Shown: piece by piece, positions 1-13,285 of the stretch
Numbering within the stretch: the stretch's first letter is position 1
Layout: every line of letters begins with the position of its first letter
Assembly (NCBI GenBank): GCA_951406725.2
Contig: OX597820.1
Coordinates: 99,944,001-100,008,000, forward strand
Source: Octopus vulgaris
Taxonomy: Eukaryota
Length of the DNA stretch: 64,000 nucleotides
Reading direction: 5' to 3'
Notes under the pieces: model-generated
Told to the model about the DNA's origin: nothing
What the model saw: the letters and a program-made list of their open reading frames with translations, nothing else
Databases searched by the model: none
Made by a program: the position numbers and the translations under genes

Positions 1-288
1 TGTCAGTTCCATTTTTGATCATTCCAAGTGCTCCTACAATCACTGGTATTGAAACTGTCTTGAGACGCCACACTGTTTTGATTTCAATCAGCAAATCTTT
101 GTGATCACAAGGCATGCTCATGTCAATCAATGAACAGATTTTATTGTTTTGGTCTTTCACAACAATATTTTCTTTATTAGCTTTGGTGGTCTGGTCTGTC
201 TGTACTGGAAAGCCCCAAAGAATCGTTACGTTTCTTCCCTTAGTTACAGCCTCAGTATGGTGCTTGAATTATTTGTCAGCATTTTTGA

Positions 289-290
<2 letters not shown>
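1..290 (-). mobile_element. R4/Dong-like non-LTR retrotransposon fragment (RLE endonuclease region), degenerate
   Basis: Manual minus-strand translation gives 'NVTILWGFPVQTDQTTKANKENIVVKDQNNKICSLIDMSMPCD', matching the ILWD..IQTD.....PDI........IDxxxP RLE signature. It abuts a (TTA)n array at ~292-360. Confidence 0.75.
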
Positions 291-360
<70 letters not shown>

Positions 361-361
<1 letters not shown>

Positions 362-800
362 CTTGGCTTTTACTTTGTATTTGTACAAGTTGATTCCGAG
401 TCTCACCCAGAGACCTCAAGAGACAAGATGGTGTTATGACTAGGATGCCATATATTTGGGTTTGCACAGAGTATTGCTCTAGAAAATTTCTGTCAAAACA
501 TAAATAAATTATAAGTTGGTTTTAATAGCAATTTCATTATAAGATGATAGTGTGATGTTAAAATGACCGTAAAAGGTATTTGCTGTTATGTACATTTAAA
601 AGTATTTTGACTCTGTTTACGGATTGAAATATTTTGGGGATTGCATAGACAATATTTTACGTAGGATATAAGCAGTTCCCATGAACACTATTTTTTGAAT
701 TTCTGCTATTTTTTAATTTCCTGGTATCTGAGCTATGTTGCAGTCAAACTCTTTTGCTATCATTCCTAAGGTACCTATGACAACAGGTATTGTTTAAGTC
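361..800 (-). mobile_element. R4/Dong-like 3'-end fragment (C-terminal PVVIGTLG motif plus 3' UTR)
   Basis: The minus strand near 755-795 reads 'IPVVIGTLGMIAK', and the fragment runs into (TAA)n on its 3' side. Confidence 0.55.
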
Positions 801-801
801 T

Positions 802-1077
802 TGTTTCCAGAGGTGAATTATTCAAAGCTCTTAAGAATTCCTTTCAACACATGGCTATGATGCACCCCGACTACTTCTGCTCGTGATCAGAGATGCATAT
901 ATCGTCAGCCACTGAAGGACATGCTCATCTGGTTAAGGTCAAGCAACTGACAAATAAATATGTGGCATTGAGCTGTAGCCCATCTTTTATATCAAGATAA
1001 AACATGTACGTGATAACACTTCCAATCACTGAAGATCAGAGCCATGAAAACTAGTGCCTGGTATTTCATCAGGGCAT
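802..1077 (-). mobile_element. Partial (5' half) copy of the ~560-bp (TAA)n-associated element
   Basis: Aligns by eye to ~20650-20937 (tgtttccagaggtgaattattcaaa...catcagggcat). Confidence 0.85.
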
Positions 1078-1101
1078 ATTGAGCAGAATATTTATTGTAG
1101 C

Positions 1102-1135
<34 letters not shown>

Positions 1136-1138
1136 ATT

Positions 1139-1174
<36 letters not shown>

Positions 1175-1739
1175 GAATGAAAAGGGTGCAGGAATTACGC
1201 AAACAACTAAGTCTCCATTGGTTTGTCTAAATCACAGATAAACAGCCATCGCTACTCGTTTGTAAGTCGGTTACATATACGCCATTTGTTTGCTCAATCA
1301 CAGTTAGTCATATCGAAAGAACAACAATTAAATTTGTTGATCGGGAAATTCCTATTGAAATAGAAACAAAATATGTTGATATATACAGATCATATGAAAG
1401 AAGATACAAACAAGATAACTTCATTTGTTAAATAAGCCCCAAATTTTTAATCTCTATCTTTATATCTTTTATTGCGTCAGTCTTTGGACTGCGCTCACGC
1501 TGGAGCATCGCCGTTAAGGGTTTAATCAAACAAATCAATAATTATCAAACTTATTTTTAAATCTAGTACTTATTCTTTCGATATATTTAGTCGAACACGG
1601 AGATATTGATAGACGCAAACAAATACTGGTTGTGAAGCTGTCTTACACGTCCTTTTCAAAAGAACACTTCCATGGTACTGTTAGGTATAATAGGTATAAA
1701 TGCTAGGTAGTAGGTATAAATACACCAGTCATACCAGTA

Positions 1740-3170
1740 ATATATAAGAAATTCAATATGGTAAACTAGAGACTCAGTTGGAAAATTTACACGGAGAAGC
1801 AAGAAAACTACTGACAGCATATCGAAATCACCACCCAAAAGCAGGTATAGACAGAATGTACCTACCCCACACAGAAGGAGTTTAACGCCTGATACAAATA
1901 GAAAACAACTATGAAATAAAATAACAACAGCCGGACAAGGAAAATATTTAGAAATAGAGGAAGACTGAACATACAAGAAATCAACAAAGTACAAAGCAGA
2001 AACAAACTAGGTTGAGATAATAAATTTATACAGCAATGTAATAGAGATGGTAAAAGAGGCAAAACTACAGCATGAAAAGAAAAATACAAATCATGCTAAG
2101 GAAGAAACCGAAAGAAAAACCTGTCCGCGACCAATATTCTACACCGCTCGGTAGAGGAGAAGTATGCCAAAGTCAAAAGCAACACTGGCTGAAAAGCTCC
2201 AAGCTAAAACCACAAACTGAAGGACTGATTTTGGTTATACACCACCACTACAAAACCAGTCGAGTATAAGGACAAAATAATGAAAACATAGATCCTAACA
2301 TCAGAATAGATTCAAACCGGCACAATACGATTATTGACCACATCATCTTTAGTATCCTAGTCTTTGCCAAATTTGAATATATACACTGACGTGGTCGAGT
2401 GGACATCTGTACCCATTGGGCTAAATTACATCCCTTCAGTAGGAAGCAGACAAGAAATGGTTCACATATGTACCAAACACAGTACGAGACAACGACCTAG
2501 CTACAGTCATCTGGGCTAAGTCCTTCCAAGTTTGGCAAAGTGATCAAAACAAACCCGTCAGACAAAGTAATCAAGGATTGGAAAAACCATATGCACACTC
2601 ATAGAGATTTCAATCTCTTCTGACCAAACTTGCGCTATAATAATGTAAAAACTTTCAAAATAGAAGGATCTTGAAACTGGAATATTTAAAATGTAGGGCA
2701 TAAAAGTGAAGACAGTACCAACAATTATTGGAGCATTTGGTATGATAAAAAATGAGCAAATCTATAAAAATCATACCAAAACTTAGAACACTACAGAATG
2801 TCCAAAAATAGCTCTGCCAGGAGAAGCCTACATCCTGAGCAAGACATTATTGATTAATTTTGTAGCAAGGCCCAAATCAGCAATTTTCATACATAACAAT
2901 TTTCAAACACAACATACACCCTATACATTAAACACCCAATAAAAGAACAACTAACGTAACATATACTCAATGAAGATTAATGCCCAATAAGATAACAAAA
3001 TTCACATTACACGTACCATATACAAAAGAACAAATAATAAAACAAAGTGATGCAGTACAGTAACCAGAAGAGGCTTTACTCCCTTCATCCTTACAAAAAT
3101 TAAGGACACACTATGATGTATATATCTTAGGCGGTGCTGAAGAAATTAGCATGAAACTATCGAAGAAATA
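1740..3170 (+). mobile_element. Degenerate R4/Dong-like retrotransposon, post-RT region through RLE and 3' UTR, ending at a (TAA)n/(GAA)n array
   Basis: Frameshifted peptides include 'HHPKAGIDRMYLP', 'WLKSSKLKPQTEGLIL' and 'VKTVPTIIGAFGMIK', typical of the R4 clade. It is followed by (CAA)/(GAT)/(TAA)/(GAA) repeats. Confidence 0.75.
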
Positions 3171-3203
3171 ATAACAACAACAACAGCAATGATGATGATG
3201 ATG

Positions 3204-3292
<89 letters not shown>

Positions 3293-3920
3293 AAGAAGAA
3301 GAAGAAGAAGAAGAATGAGGATGAGCATTATTTGAAAGGCATTGTATAATTATAAACCGAAAGGAAGTAAAAGAAATACAAGTAGTAAAATTTCAGAGGC
3401 CATTAGATGCATTTACTCCTAGAACCACTTCATGAAAATATTGAAAGTGGTAAGTGGAATAGAAAATCCTTCAATATTATCTGAAGACTCTTCGTATAAA
3501 TGCCGGAAGTATGAAGTCTCAAGTTTTTGACTCTGACCTGTTATGTCAAGTGGTTATATGAAGCACGTTCATTTTATACTTAATTGATGTTATATAGCGG
3601 TAAGAACACACGTGCACGCAATCCTACCCATAGATATAGAAAGTAATAAAGCACACGTATGTATACCAGGGAATGCTTCACAAAAGTAAACTGATTCTGA
3701 AAATAAAGTTTATTTAATTTAATTAATTAACTGATTTTCATTTTCGTATTTCTGTGAAATAAGAAAATGAAAGCTATATCCTTTGTTTATTGATTTGTTG
3801 GTTGGTATCGAACTGAAAATTCTGATGCTTATCTAAATTCTGAACTGAAATCTTCAAACTTCAAATAAGCATCCTAATCAACTGTTAAATTTTACAGAGT
3901 ACATCTTCCTTTGTTCTATA

Positions 3921-4122
3921 CCGTATTTTCCAACATACAATTCGACGTAATATATAGTATAAATATGTAGCGTAAACATTCAAACATCGCCACTAGCATT
4001 CTAAATACCTCTGCATTTCACATGAAATATTCAATCCTCTAAAGTCCTCTTGCTGTATAAATCGACTTATCATTTGTAAATTTTGGTTCGAAAAATTTGA
4101 CTTATATGTTAGTAAAATACAG
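3921..4122. mobile_element. Tc1/mariner-superfamily (pogo-like) MITE with TA target duplication
   Basis: Imperfect terminal inverted repeats ccgtattttccaacatacaattcga / tgacttatatgttagtaaaatacag, flanked by TA on both sides. Confidence 0.55.
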
Positions 4123-6070
4123 TATTTTGCGAAGACATTAGCACAGAGAAATTGGTAGTACATTTTTGCTTAATTTTGTCATGGTCATTAGACGTGTAAT
4201 TGAAAATCAACACGAATAGGCGATTTTGCTTCATCACTTGTTTAGCTGGATACACGCTTTTCTGTAGTTCTATAAAAATTGTGTAATCCTTTTAAAATAC
4301 TCGAACGTGCCAGCACGTTATGCTAGAATAGTAAACTTTGATCTTTATTTATTGTTGTTGGTTAATACCTAGAAGTAGAAATAGCCTGTGGTAGGCGAGG
4401 AAAATATCTTTATATTGTTTTGTTAAAGACTTCTCGTTCATCCCGCAAAATCAAACACAATAATGTGTAGGGGTCAACTGAAAGCAGTGCTATGAATTAA
4501 ATAAACATTTTAATTAGTCCAAATATATTTCGAACATATTTGATCCGTAAAAAAACAATTTTCACTACCGTTTGCCATAAAGAAAAATCCATGCTTGAGA
4601 CAATAGATGTCAAAACAGCTAGTCATCTAACGCCACCCTTGGTAGAACGATTAAGGCATTTCAACCAATTTGGTTATCATCAGCATCGTGTACCACAAGA
4701 GAGACAACCCTGTAATGACTCATAGCTTCCTTATGGAAAATCAGCATAAACTGCAAACTGATTACGTGCGACGCTAGGTAGGCTAGAATTAAATACGTAA
4801 AAAGCACGGGAAAGTAATGTTGTGAATTAAACATATCTAATATAATTCAAGTATGTTTGGAATATATTTGGCTTGTAAAAAGAGTCCCTTTCACTGCAGT
4901 TTGTCAAGGAGGAAAATGCTCGCTTTAGCGAGACAACCCAATTGACGTTTCTAATTTTCTTTAATGCAATTAAAATGCAAAACACTTCCGAGTGAATGAA
5001 TGATGCCTTTTCTGAAAGATAAATTTTGACTCAACTGTTAAGATAACTGTCATTAAATAAGGTCCAATACAGATTAAACTAATTTAACTATAGAGGAAGA
5101 ATGACTATTATAGTTAAATTAGCAGACGTAGGCTCGTATCGAAGCATATGTTTGGATTCGTTGACTTATCACCAATGTAATCTAAAATTGTGTTGAAAAG
5201 ATGTCATGAAATATTTTTTTAACAGTAAAACTCGACCAAGAAATTTTTTTCCGAAATTGTAAATGACTGATTCATAATCAAACAAATTACAAAGCACTGA
5301 TCTTTTTTAATACTTTGCGATTTTTTAAATTTCGCTACTCCATCATTTCGTTCATCATTTAAAGGGTTACACTTATATTATTCTCTCTGTAAACCTTAGC
5401 ATAAAAGCATGTAGCCATAAACTCACATTTTTCTATACCAGAGACGCCGAATTCTCGTACGAAGCATGTGACCTGAATAGTACAGCTTCCATCTCTTTCG
5501 AGGTGGCGAATCTAATCATTTTGTTAAGTTGTGGCAGTAGATCGCTGTCGTTCGACTACAAGCAGGATTCAATTAAATGTACCTACTACTGAATAAACAA
5601 ACAAGTGGTTTAGTATTCCACAGACATAACTACCATTAAAGTAATACTATGGCAGAACCTGTGTGACACACAGTGTGACAGGGCTGTACCTTTATTTGAA
5701 TTGCAGTTACAATCCACTCGGCAGGTTTCTACCCAATTTTGATCACAAATCATTGGTAAAATCGAAGCTATGCAAAAAGATATTTACGCAGGATGCCATG
5801 CAATGAGAATCGAAACCGGTGTCCCGTAGCTGTGAGACGAACTACTTAACCATTAGGTCATACCACACCTGTTGTCATGTAGTAAGAGGAAAAACGACAT
5901 CAGCGATCCTTATCACTGTGTTTCATCAAGTTCTTATTCCTGATTACTGTGATCACCTGGTCGAATTCTATCTATCTATCTGTCTATCTGTGTGTATGTG
6001 TGTGTGTATAAGCGTTAATATCGGACAATGTGAATGAGTGTTCAACACAGCATTATATATATATAAACAT

Positions 6071-6494
6071 AGGCGCAGGAGTGGGTGTGTGGTATTTAGC
6101 TTGCTTACAAACCACATGGTTCCGGGTTCAGTCCCACTGCGTGGCACCTTGGGCAAGTGTCATCTACTATACACTCGGGCCGACCAAACAGTTGTGAGTG
6201 GATTTGGTAGGCGGAAACTGAAAGAAGCCCGTCGTATATATGTATATATATATATATGTGTGTGTACTTGTCCTCCACAACATCGCTTGACAACCGATGC
6301 TAGTGAGCACACGTCCCCGTAACCTAGCGGTTCGCCAAAATAGGCGCAGGAGTGGGTGTGTGGTATTTAGCTTGCTTACAAACCACATGGTTCCGGGTTC
6401 ATAAGTACTAGGCTTACAAAGAATAAGTCATGGGCTCGACTAAAGGCAGTGCTCCAGCATGGCGGCAGTCAAATGACAGAAACAAGTAAAAAAG
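6071..6494 (+). mobile_element. tRNA-derived SINE family A with internal microsatellite
   Basis: Head ggcgcaggagtgg..tgtgtggta...gggttcagtccc has A/B-box-like motifs, followed by a ccttgggcaagtg body and a gaaacaagtaaaa tail. Homologous to 25787-26215 and 52932-53335. Confidence 0.85.
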
Positions 6495-6522
6495 TTATAT
6501 GTATGTATGTATCTATGAATGT

Positions 6523-6567
<45 letters not shown>

Positions 6568-6639
6568 GTATACATACTGACAACGAGCGTAAACGGTCGA
6601 AGTTGAACTTAAAGTGAAAACAACAGAGATTGAGTGAGG

Positions 6640-6680
<41 letters not shown>

Positions 6681-7230
6681 GGATAGATATATATAAATAA
6701 GATGTAGACTCATAGATACGGAGAGATAGACAAATATTGATATAGAGATGGATAGAGAGATATAGATAGAGAGATATAGACGTCCCTGAAACTAGAAAAG
6801 CGGAAGTAAATATTTTCAAAAACTTTCAAAGACATGAATTTGATATAAAAAACAATATTTTCAATTTTTATGACCAATAGATATAAGGGAGACAATCCAT
6901 TTCTGAACGATACTCCATAAAGAGTCACATCCCTTTTCCACGTAACCCAGGACCGGATGTTTTCTGCCCGCATAGGGCCCGTTACTCATTATGTGAAAAA
7001 TTTTAAGAGTCGTAAACCATCCATGGAACATAAGTAATGTATGTTCCCAGTTTGGAGAAAATCAGTTGAAAAATACGGCCGTTATAGTCTTTTACACACA
7101 CACACAGGCACACACACACACACACGCACACACTCACACACACACGCACATGTATTTATGGCCGAATGATTAAAGTGCGAATTTCTTAATCACTCATCCA
7201 CAATCTGTAATATAAATCTCGTTCTGTATG

Positions 7231-7269
<39 letters not shown>

Positions 7270-8440
7270 GCGTGTGTGTAGAAGAAGGAGGATATATATT
7301 TATGCATGTGTATGTATGTATATATCTATCGATCTATCCGTCTAACTATTTATCTATATACCTATGTGCTAATATACATACATTCAAACATACATACATA
7401 CATATAAATATACATGATTATATAAAAATAAATATGTTAACGCATGTTTTCATAAATATAAATGACAAATCTGTAATTTAGATAGCTTAGAAATTTGCTA
7501 AGACAGGTCAAATTAAAGTAATAGCTTATATTTATAATTCAAAATGTCTCCCCACTAAATACTTCTTTTAGACTTAGTGTTGCCTGATCATATCATCGCA
7601 TTACGCTTCGTTTGATTGTATAAGACGGAGATATTATGTCCGTGATTTTTATTACATATATTATTTGCATGGCTAACATTAAATCGTATTTATCTTGTAT
7701 ACTTGTTAGATATAGCAAAAATATAAATATAAGTCTATTTATGTTTACTAATATAGCATATTTATTTCACATAAATGTAATAAATTGCAGTTTGTTTTAC
7801 CGTTTGGCATTCCGTAATCAATTCCGTCCATTAATCTATTTAGTGCTAGGGAAAAATAAATAAGCATCATCATTTCCCTTATTCTATATATTGAACTGTC
7901 AAGATATTGTGTCACAAATTTTAATCTGCGTATTTACATGATTGATTGCAACCTTCCTTGGATGTCCGTTCCGAGAAATTATTGAAACTTGAAGGTTATT
8001 TTTTTTTTATTGAAGCATTAATAAGCAAATTATATCTTTTAAAACGGGTGATTTTTACTACTTTTAAAAATTTTATTCAGCAAATGGAGTGGTAAATTTA
8101 TGTGGCCCAACGATATCCAGATATAGCATTCTAGTATTATATAGTATGCTAGTACAACGACGCATTATACGTAAACCGAAATTAGTTTTCGATTTACGTA
8201 ATTTCGCTTTACAAAATTAGTTTTCGTAAAATGAAATAATTAGAAATGCATTCACACACACAACATTTTATAGCATAATACAGTATGAAAAAATTGCGGC
8301 AGGATTTTCTTTATGGTACGCCTAACAAAATGTTACCTTGAATGTTTTAATAGTGAAGCCCACCCTCAGATGAGTCATGTCATGCGACCCGCTTCTCGAA
8401 AAGGATTCCCATGTTTGTGTAATATATTTAATATATTAGT

Positions 8441-8770
8441 AGTGAAGGCGCATGGCTCAGTGGTTAGATCGCCGAGCTTACTGTTATGTGGTTGTGAGTT
8501 CGAATCCTGAACCGGGATGTGTGTTGCGTTTTTGAGTAAGTCACTTTATTTCACCTCCCTTCAGTTTACTCGGCTGCAGAACTGAGTTGCGACGTCACGG
8601 TGCCAAACTGTATTGACCTATGCCTTTCCCTTGGACAACATCGGTTGAGGGGGGAGACTGATATGCATGGGCGACGGCTGGTCTTCCACAAACAATCTAT
8701 CTCAGACTTGTGCCTCGGAGGAGAACTTTCTAGGTATAATCCCATGTTCATTCGTGACCAAAGGGGATCT
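8441..8770 (+). mobile_element. tRNA-derived SINE family D
   Basis: Head has tggctcagtggttaga (A box) and gagttcgaatcc (B box). Homologous over its length to 34523-34850. Confidence 0.8.
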
Positions 8771-8834
8771 TAAATGTTGCAGTACTACAAATAATATAGA
8801 AGTATTAGCCACATAAGTTTAATAAGCTTTTCTA

Positions 8835-9040
8835 CTCTAGGCACAAGGCCCGAAATTTTGGGGAAAGAGACCAGTGGATTAGATCGGCCCCAGTACACAA
8901 CTGGTACTTAATTTATCGACTCCGAAAGGATGAAAGGCAAAGTCGACCCCGGCGGAATTTGAACTCAGAACGTAACGGCAGACGAAATACCGCTAAGCAT
9001 TCCATCCGGTGTGCTAACAACTCTACCAGCTCACTGCCTT
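8835..9040 (-). mobile_element. SINE family B
   Basis: Reverse complement of the ctggcagaatcgttagcac...gagttcaaattccgcc...gactttgcctttcatcctttc...aagtacca motif seen at 12914, 19481 and 31946. Confidence 0.85.
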
Positions 9041-10280
9041 GCGTACGCTTAATAATGAGTTAGATTGTTCATCAGGTCATGTGATCGATTGGGAAGGATG
9101 CGTACATCAAATTTAGACATATTTTTGCCACTGGTGACTTGCTCAAATGCAGTAGCGATGTGAGTGATGTGAATACAAATCGAGATCAGCCGAAATTTGA
9201 AACCCAATCACAGAATTTTACTCACCGAAATTTTACTATTATATCATACAAGACGTTTGTGCTATATAGGCACAATATACATAATAAGAATGAAGTGATA
9301 AGCTGTCTTTCTGAAGAGTTTCTGTTAAAACAAAAGTTTGGGCTCAACATTATTTATTGATGAAACAGAATTAATATTGAGTGAATAAGAAAATGTTATC
9401 TACAGTTAGTAGTGACTTAAAAGACGGGAGTGGGGGATGAGAGCTCAATTTCGTTTTGCTCGAGCAAAGCTTCACTAGGCTCCGGTGGGGTGGTGGTGAA
9501 CCGCGCTGTACTCTTTCACCATAACTTTCTCTTACTCTTTCTTCCTACTTCTGCCACAAAGCAGAGGAACCATGGTGTAACCCACCATGGTGTGGTAAAC
9601 TTTCAGACCCTGGTCTAGATTGCGAATCCTCTGTACCCCAGGATGGTTCAGCATTTCACTGTTTACGGAATGAGGATAACAACGTAGCTTTTGCGCCCGT
9701 GCAACCGCCAGTCTATCGCGTGTGGTGAGTGGATCTTCAAGTTGCCACACGCATTCTTAGTACCTTAGAGTAGGCTTGAATTAGAGATTATTCTTTGTGG
9801 CTAATGGAGTGAGTCCTGATTGGAAGAAGAAGACGAAGAAGAAGAAGAATGATAGTCAAAATAATAAAATAGCACAACAAATAAATAAGTACTATATAAA
9901 TTAAATCTTTATTAATATCCAAATTACATAAAAGTAATAATAGGTTTTAATATTTTACAACGTTCCTATACAAAATACTGGATACTATTTATTCAGCTTT
10001 GTCAGTATAACTGCAGTATTCTGTATAGTTCTTGTTAGAACGCTATACAGTTGCCCATGTACAAATACAAGTGTTAGGAAAATAGATACATTTATTTAAT
10101 GATTTACATTGAGGTTTATTGACAGTTGTCATGAAAGCCCCTCCAACTGCAAGATATAATCACATAAACGTGATTTGTGGAGCAGTTTTAGAAAATCTTA
10201 ATTAAATCTTGACACAATGATATGTTTTTCATTCTGTAACAATATGGCTTTAAATTATATATTCACACAAATTGACTATT

Positions 10281-10601
10281 AATAATAATAATGAAATTAT
10301 TGTATACAGTGCTCAGGTGCACCACAACTTGTCAGAAAGTGCATATAAAGTACATGCAGTAATGTAGAAATGTCTGGAAAGTGAACATGCTTGTGTGTGT
10401 ATGGAGGGGAGAAAATCAAGTGTAGTGTTGGCGAATCTCAGGAAGCATGGAAGTCTTGAAGGATGCAGTGCTCCGACAACTAACAACCGATGCCGGCAGT
10501 TTGTTCCACGCTTCAGCAACTCTCAGCGTGAAAAAATGCTTCCTGAAGTCATGGGAGCTGTGATGTTTTCTTACTTTGTAAACACGTCCACGGGTGTTCA
10601 A
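10281..10601 (-). mobile_element. CR1-clade LINE 3' end fragment
   Basis: ORF 10416-10601 reads 'NTRGRVYKVRK...RKHFFTLRVAEAWNKLPASVV...SFK', the TRGH..KL...R..FF..RV...WN.LP..VV C-terminal CR1 motif. It is followed by a 3' UTR and a short (TTA)n tail. Confidence 0.85.
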
Positions 10602-12522
10602 AATCTTGTTTTATTACAAACTCCATTAGCTTCATTTAAGTCTCATAATAGCATTAAAACACCTCAATAATGTATGATACTATTTTTCATTAAGGTATCT
10701 TACAGCCCGTCACAGAAATCAGTATTTTTTGTTAGTGATTGCTTCTCCATCAAATATATTGATATTGTTCTTGTTTATGAAATAATAACAGCATTGGTTG
10801 GAAAGTGTATAACCTAGCATATGAAGTTTGTAGGATCTAAGGGTGATGACAAAAATATGTACTATTATTTCTCCATCATTCGATACAACCCTAACATCAT
10901 TTAGAAGAGCAATCTTTTCCTCCTATTGTTCCTTCCCATTGCAATACGAAGCAAAAAATAAAATATAGAATCTCTTTCACGATCCTCTCGGTTTTGTGTT
11001 AATGAATTCATGGTAAGTTTCAGTTTTGTCATTATTTACCAAAATGAAGAATAAGTTGCATCTATGTTCTGTCAGCAGCTCTTTAGGCATTTTGTAAGAG
11101 AGTACGTATCAATAAAAATCGTTAAAGAAAAATAATCATGCTAGCAAAAGGTAAATCATTTTGCAAAAGACCGCAGCATACGTTTATAGCATCTTCATAC
11201 GTATACCGCGATAGTTGTAGTCTTTCAGTTAAACAGATGAAATCACAGTCACGAATTACTATTTTTAGTAGTTCGTTGTTAACATCAGTGCTGCAAACAT
11301 AATAAGTCAATGGAAAATACAATATGAAACGGTCCATGGGCGTATACTCACAGGTTTTATAATGATGCAGCCAGTCCTGTGGAAACAACAGTGAGAATAG
11401 GTTGATCCAAACGCACCTTTTCATACTCCACAGTGTCTTGTATCTTGTTTGAGATTGTTGCAAAGACCGTGCAAACTACACTTTAAAAACAGAACTATTG
11501 GTCAAAGTTTTTAACGGATTAACCAACTGAACGATATTTATAATTTAGTGCGCTTTATCCTATTCATCCCAGGGAAAGGGGAAGGTTGGCATATGATGTC
11601 CACAGGTGCACATAATGCCAACAGTTTACTCAAATAGTTTATTATATATACATAATGATACATCGAATATATTCATATAAATTTGTTAAACGTCATAGCT
11701 GTGAATTTCAACAAGGGATATTGTTTTATCAGATGCAAGCAATAGTTAAATTGATAAAAAGTGAAACACTTTATCTATGTGTACTGTCTTTGATTTTGAT
11801 CCGACAGTTCTAAATTCTTCGGTGAAAATTCTACAGAAAAAGATATTGAAATCATCTGCTGAATGAAGTGCAACTTGTGCTTCCAAGATTATCAGCGCCT
11901 GGAATTGAATTGAATAAACTAAGGATTTGACTTATACTTGTACATTCATAATGCCTTTTAACATCTCCACTTTCTAACTAAATAATCTGGAAATCAAATT
12001 TGGCCGATTATACATTTTTTTCAACAATTTCAAATTAATCTAGATTAAAGGCTTCAAATTTTTACATACGGCCAGCAACTTCAGAGAGGTAAATCAATCG
12101 ATTACATTGACCACAGGATTCAGATCGTACTTTTTTTTTATTAACCGCGAAAGGGTTTAGATTATATAATAAAAATCAAAATAACATGTCTGGCTTCCCA
12201 TAGCGGTGAACAATGCTTATTGGTTCCTGGAAAGGTTTTGTAGCATCTCATATGAAGGAAGATGAGATAAAATAGCTACAAGTACATCCATTTAGTGTGA
12301 CACTTGGTTCATCGGTCTTTCATAACGCTTTGCACTTAGGTTCCACTGGTGTTTTCGAGGCCACTAGACTTATTACTCAGCTATCGACGATACACTCGTG
12401 TGGTAGCTCACAGTATCCCACGAAAACATTTCAAAATAATTTATTCATTGCTTCCTTCTGTATGTATAAGAATCCATTTCGGTAAACTGTTGCCATTATT
12501 TACATACATAAGGCAGTGAACT

Positions 12523-12910
12523 GTGGAGGCGCAATGGCCCAGTGGTTAGGGCAGCGGACTCGCGGTCGTAGGATCGCGGTTTCGATTCCCAGACCGGGCG
12601 TTGTGAGTGTTTATTGAGCGAAAACATCTAAAAGCTCCACGATGCTCCGGCAGGGGATGGTGGCGATCCCTGCTGTACTCTTTCACCACAACTTTCTCTC
12701 ACTCTTACTTCCTGTTTCTGTTGTACCTGTATTTCAAAGGGCCGGCCTTGTCACTCTCTGTGTCACGCTGAATATCCCCGAGAACTACGTTAAGGGTACA
12801 CGTGTCTGTGGAGTGCTCAGCCACTTACACGTTAATTTCACGAGCAGGCTGTTCCGTTGATCGGATCAACCGGAACCCTCGTCGTCGTAACCGACGGAGT
12901 GCTTCTATCC
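12523..12910 (+). mobile_element. tRNA-derived SINE family C, nested in the head of a family B SINE
   Basis: Head reads tggcccagtggttagggcagcggactcg...ggtttcgattccc. The flanking direct repeat gcagtgaact occurs at 12513-12522 and 12914-12923. Confidence 0.85.
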
Positions 12911-12913
12911 AAA

Positions 12914-13285
12914 GCAGTGAACTAGCAGAATCGTTAGCACACCACGTGAAATGCTTAGCGGTATTTCGTCCGTCTTTACGTTCTAAGTTCAAAATCCGCC
13001 GAGGTCGACTTTGCCTTTCATCCTTTCGGGGTCGATTAAATAAGTACCAGTTACGCACTGGGATCGATGTAATCGACTTAATCCATTTGTCTGTCCTTGT
13101 TTGTCCTCTCTGTGTTTGGCTCTTTGTGGGTAGTAAAGAAATAGGTATTTCGTCCGTCTTTACGTTCTGAGTTCAAATTCCGCCTGTCACCCTTCCGCGG
13201 TTGCTAAAATAAGTACTAGGTGAATTCTGAGGTTGATATAATCGATTATCCCTCTCTCCCAAATTTCAGGCCTTGTGCCTTACGT
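12914..13285 (+). mobile_element. SINE family B copy plus a tandem partial second copy
   Basis: Family B motif at 12914-13140. The segment ggtatttcgtccgtctttacgttct recurs at ~13144. Confidence 0.8.

Noticed and set aside
114-443. Poly-Leu/Ile/Asn ORFs here and at 19198-19610, 20141-20387, 35368-35661 and 54222-55333
   Set aside because: These are translations of (TTA)/(TAA)n microsatellites, not genes.
10700-11500. Possible LINE APE endonuclease remnant ('DCDFICLTE') on the minus strand
   Set aside because: It rests on a single weak motif and cannot be supported without a profile search.
12525-12600. tRNA-like sequences at SINE heads (also 34525, 39461 and 61616)
   Set aside because: They lack a complete acceptor stem and cloverleaf and continue into repeat bodies, so they are treated as SINE heads, not tRNA genes.
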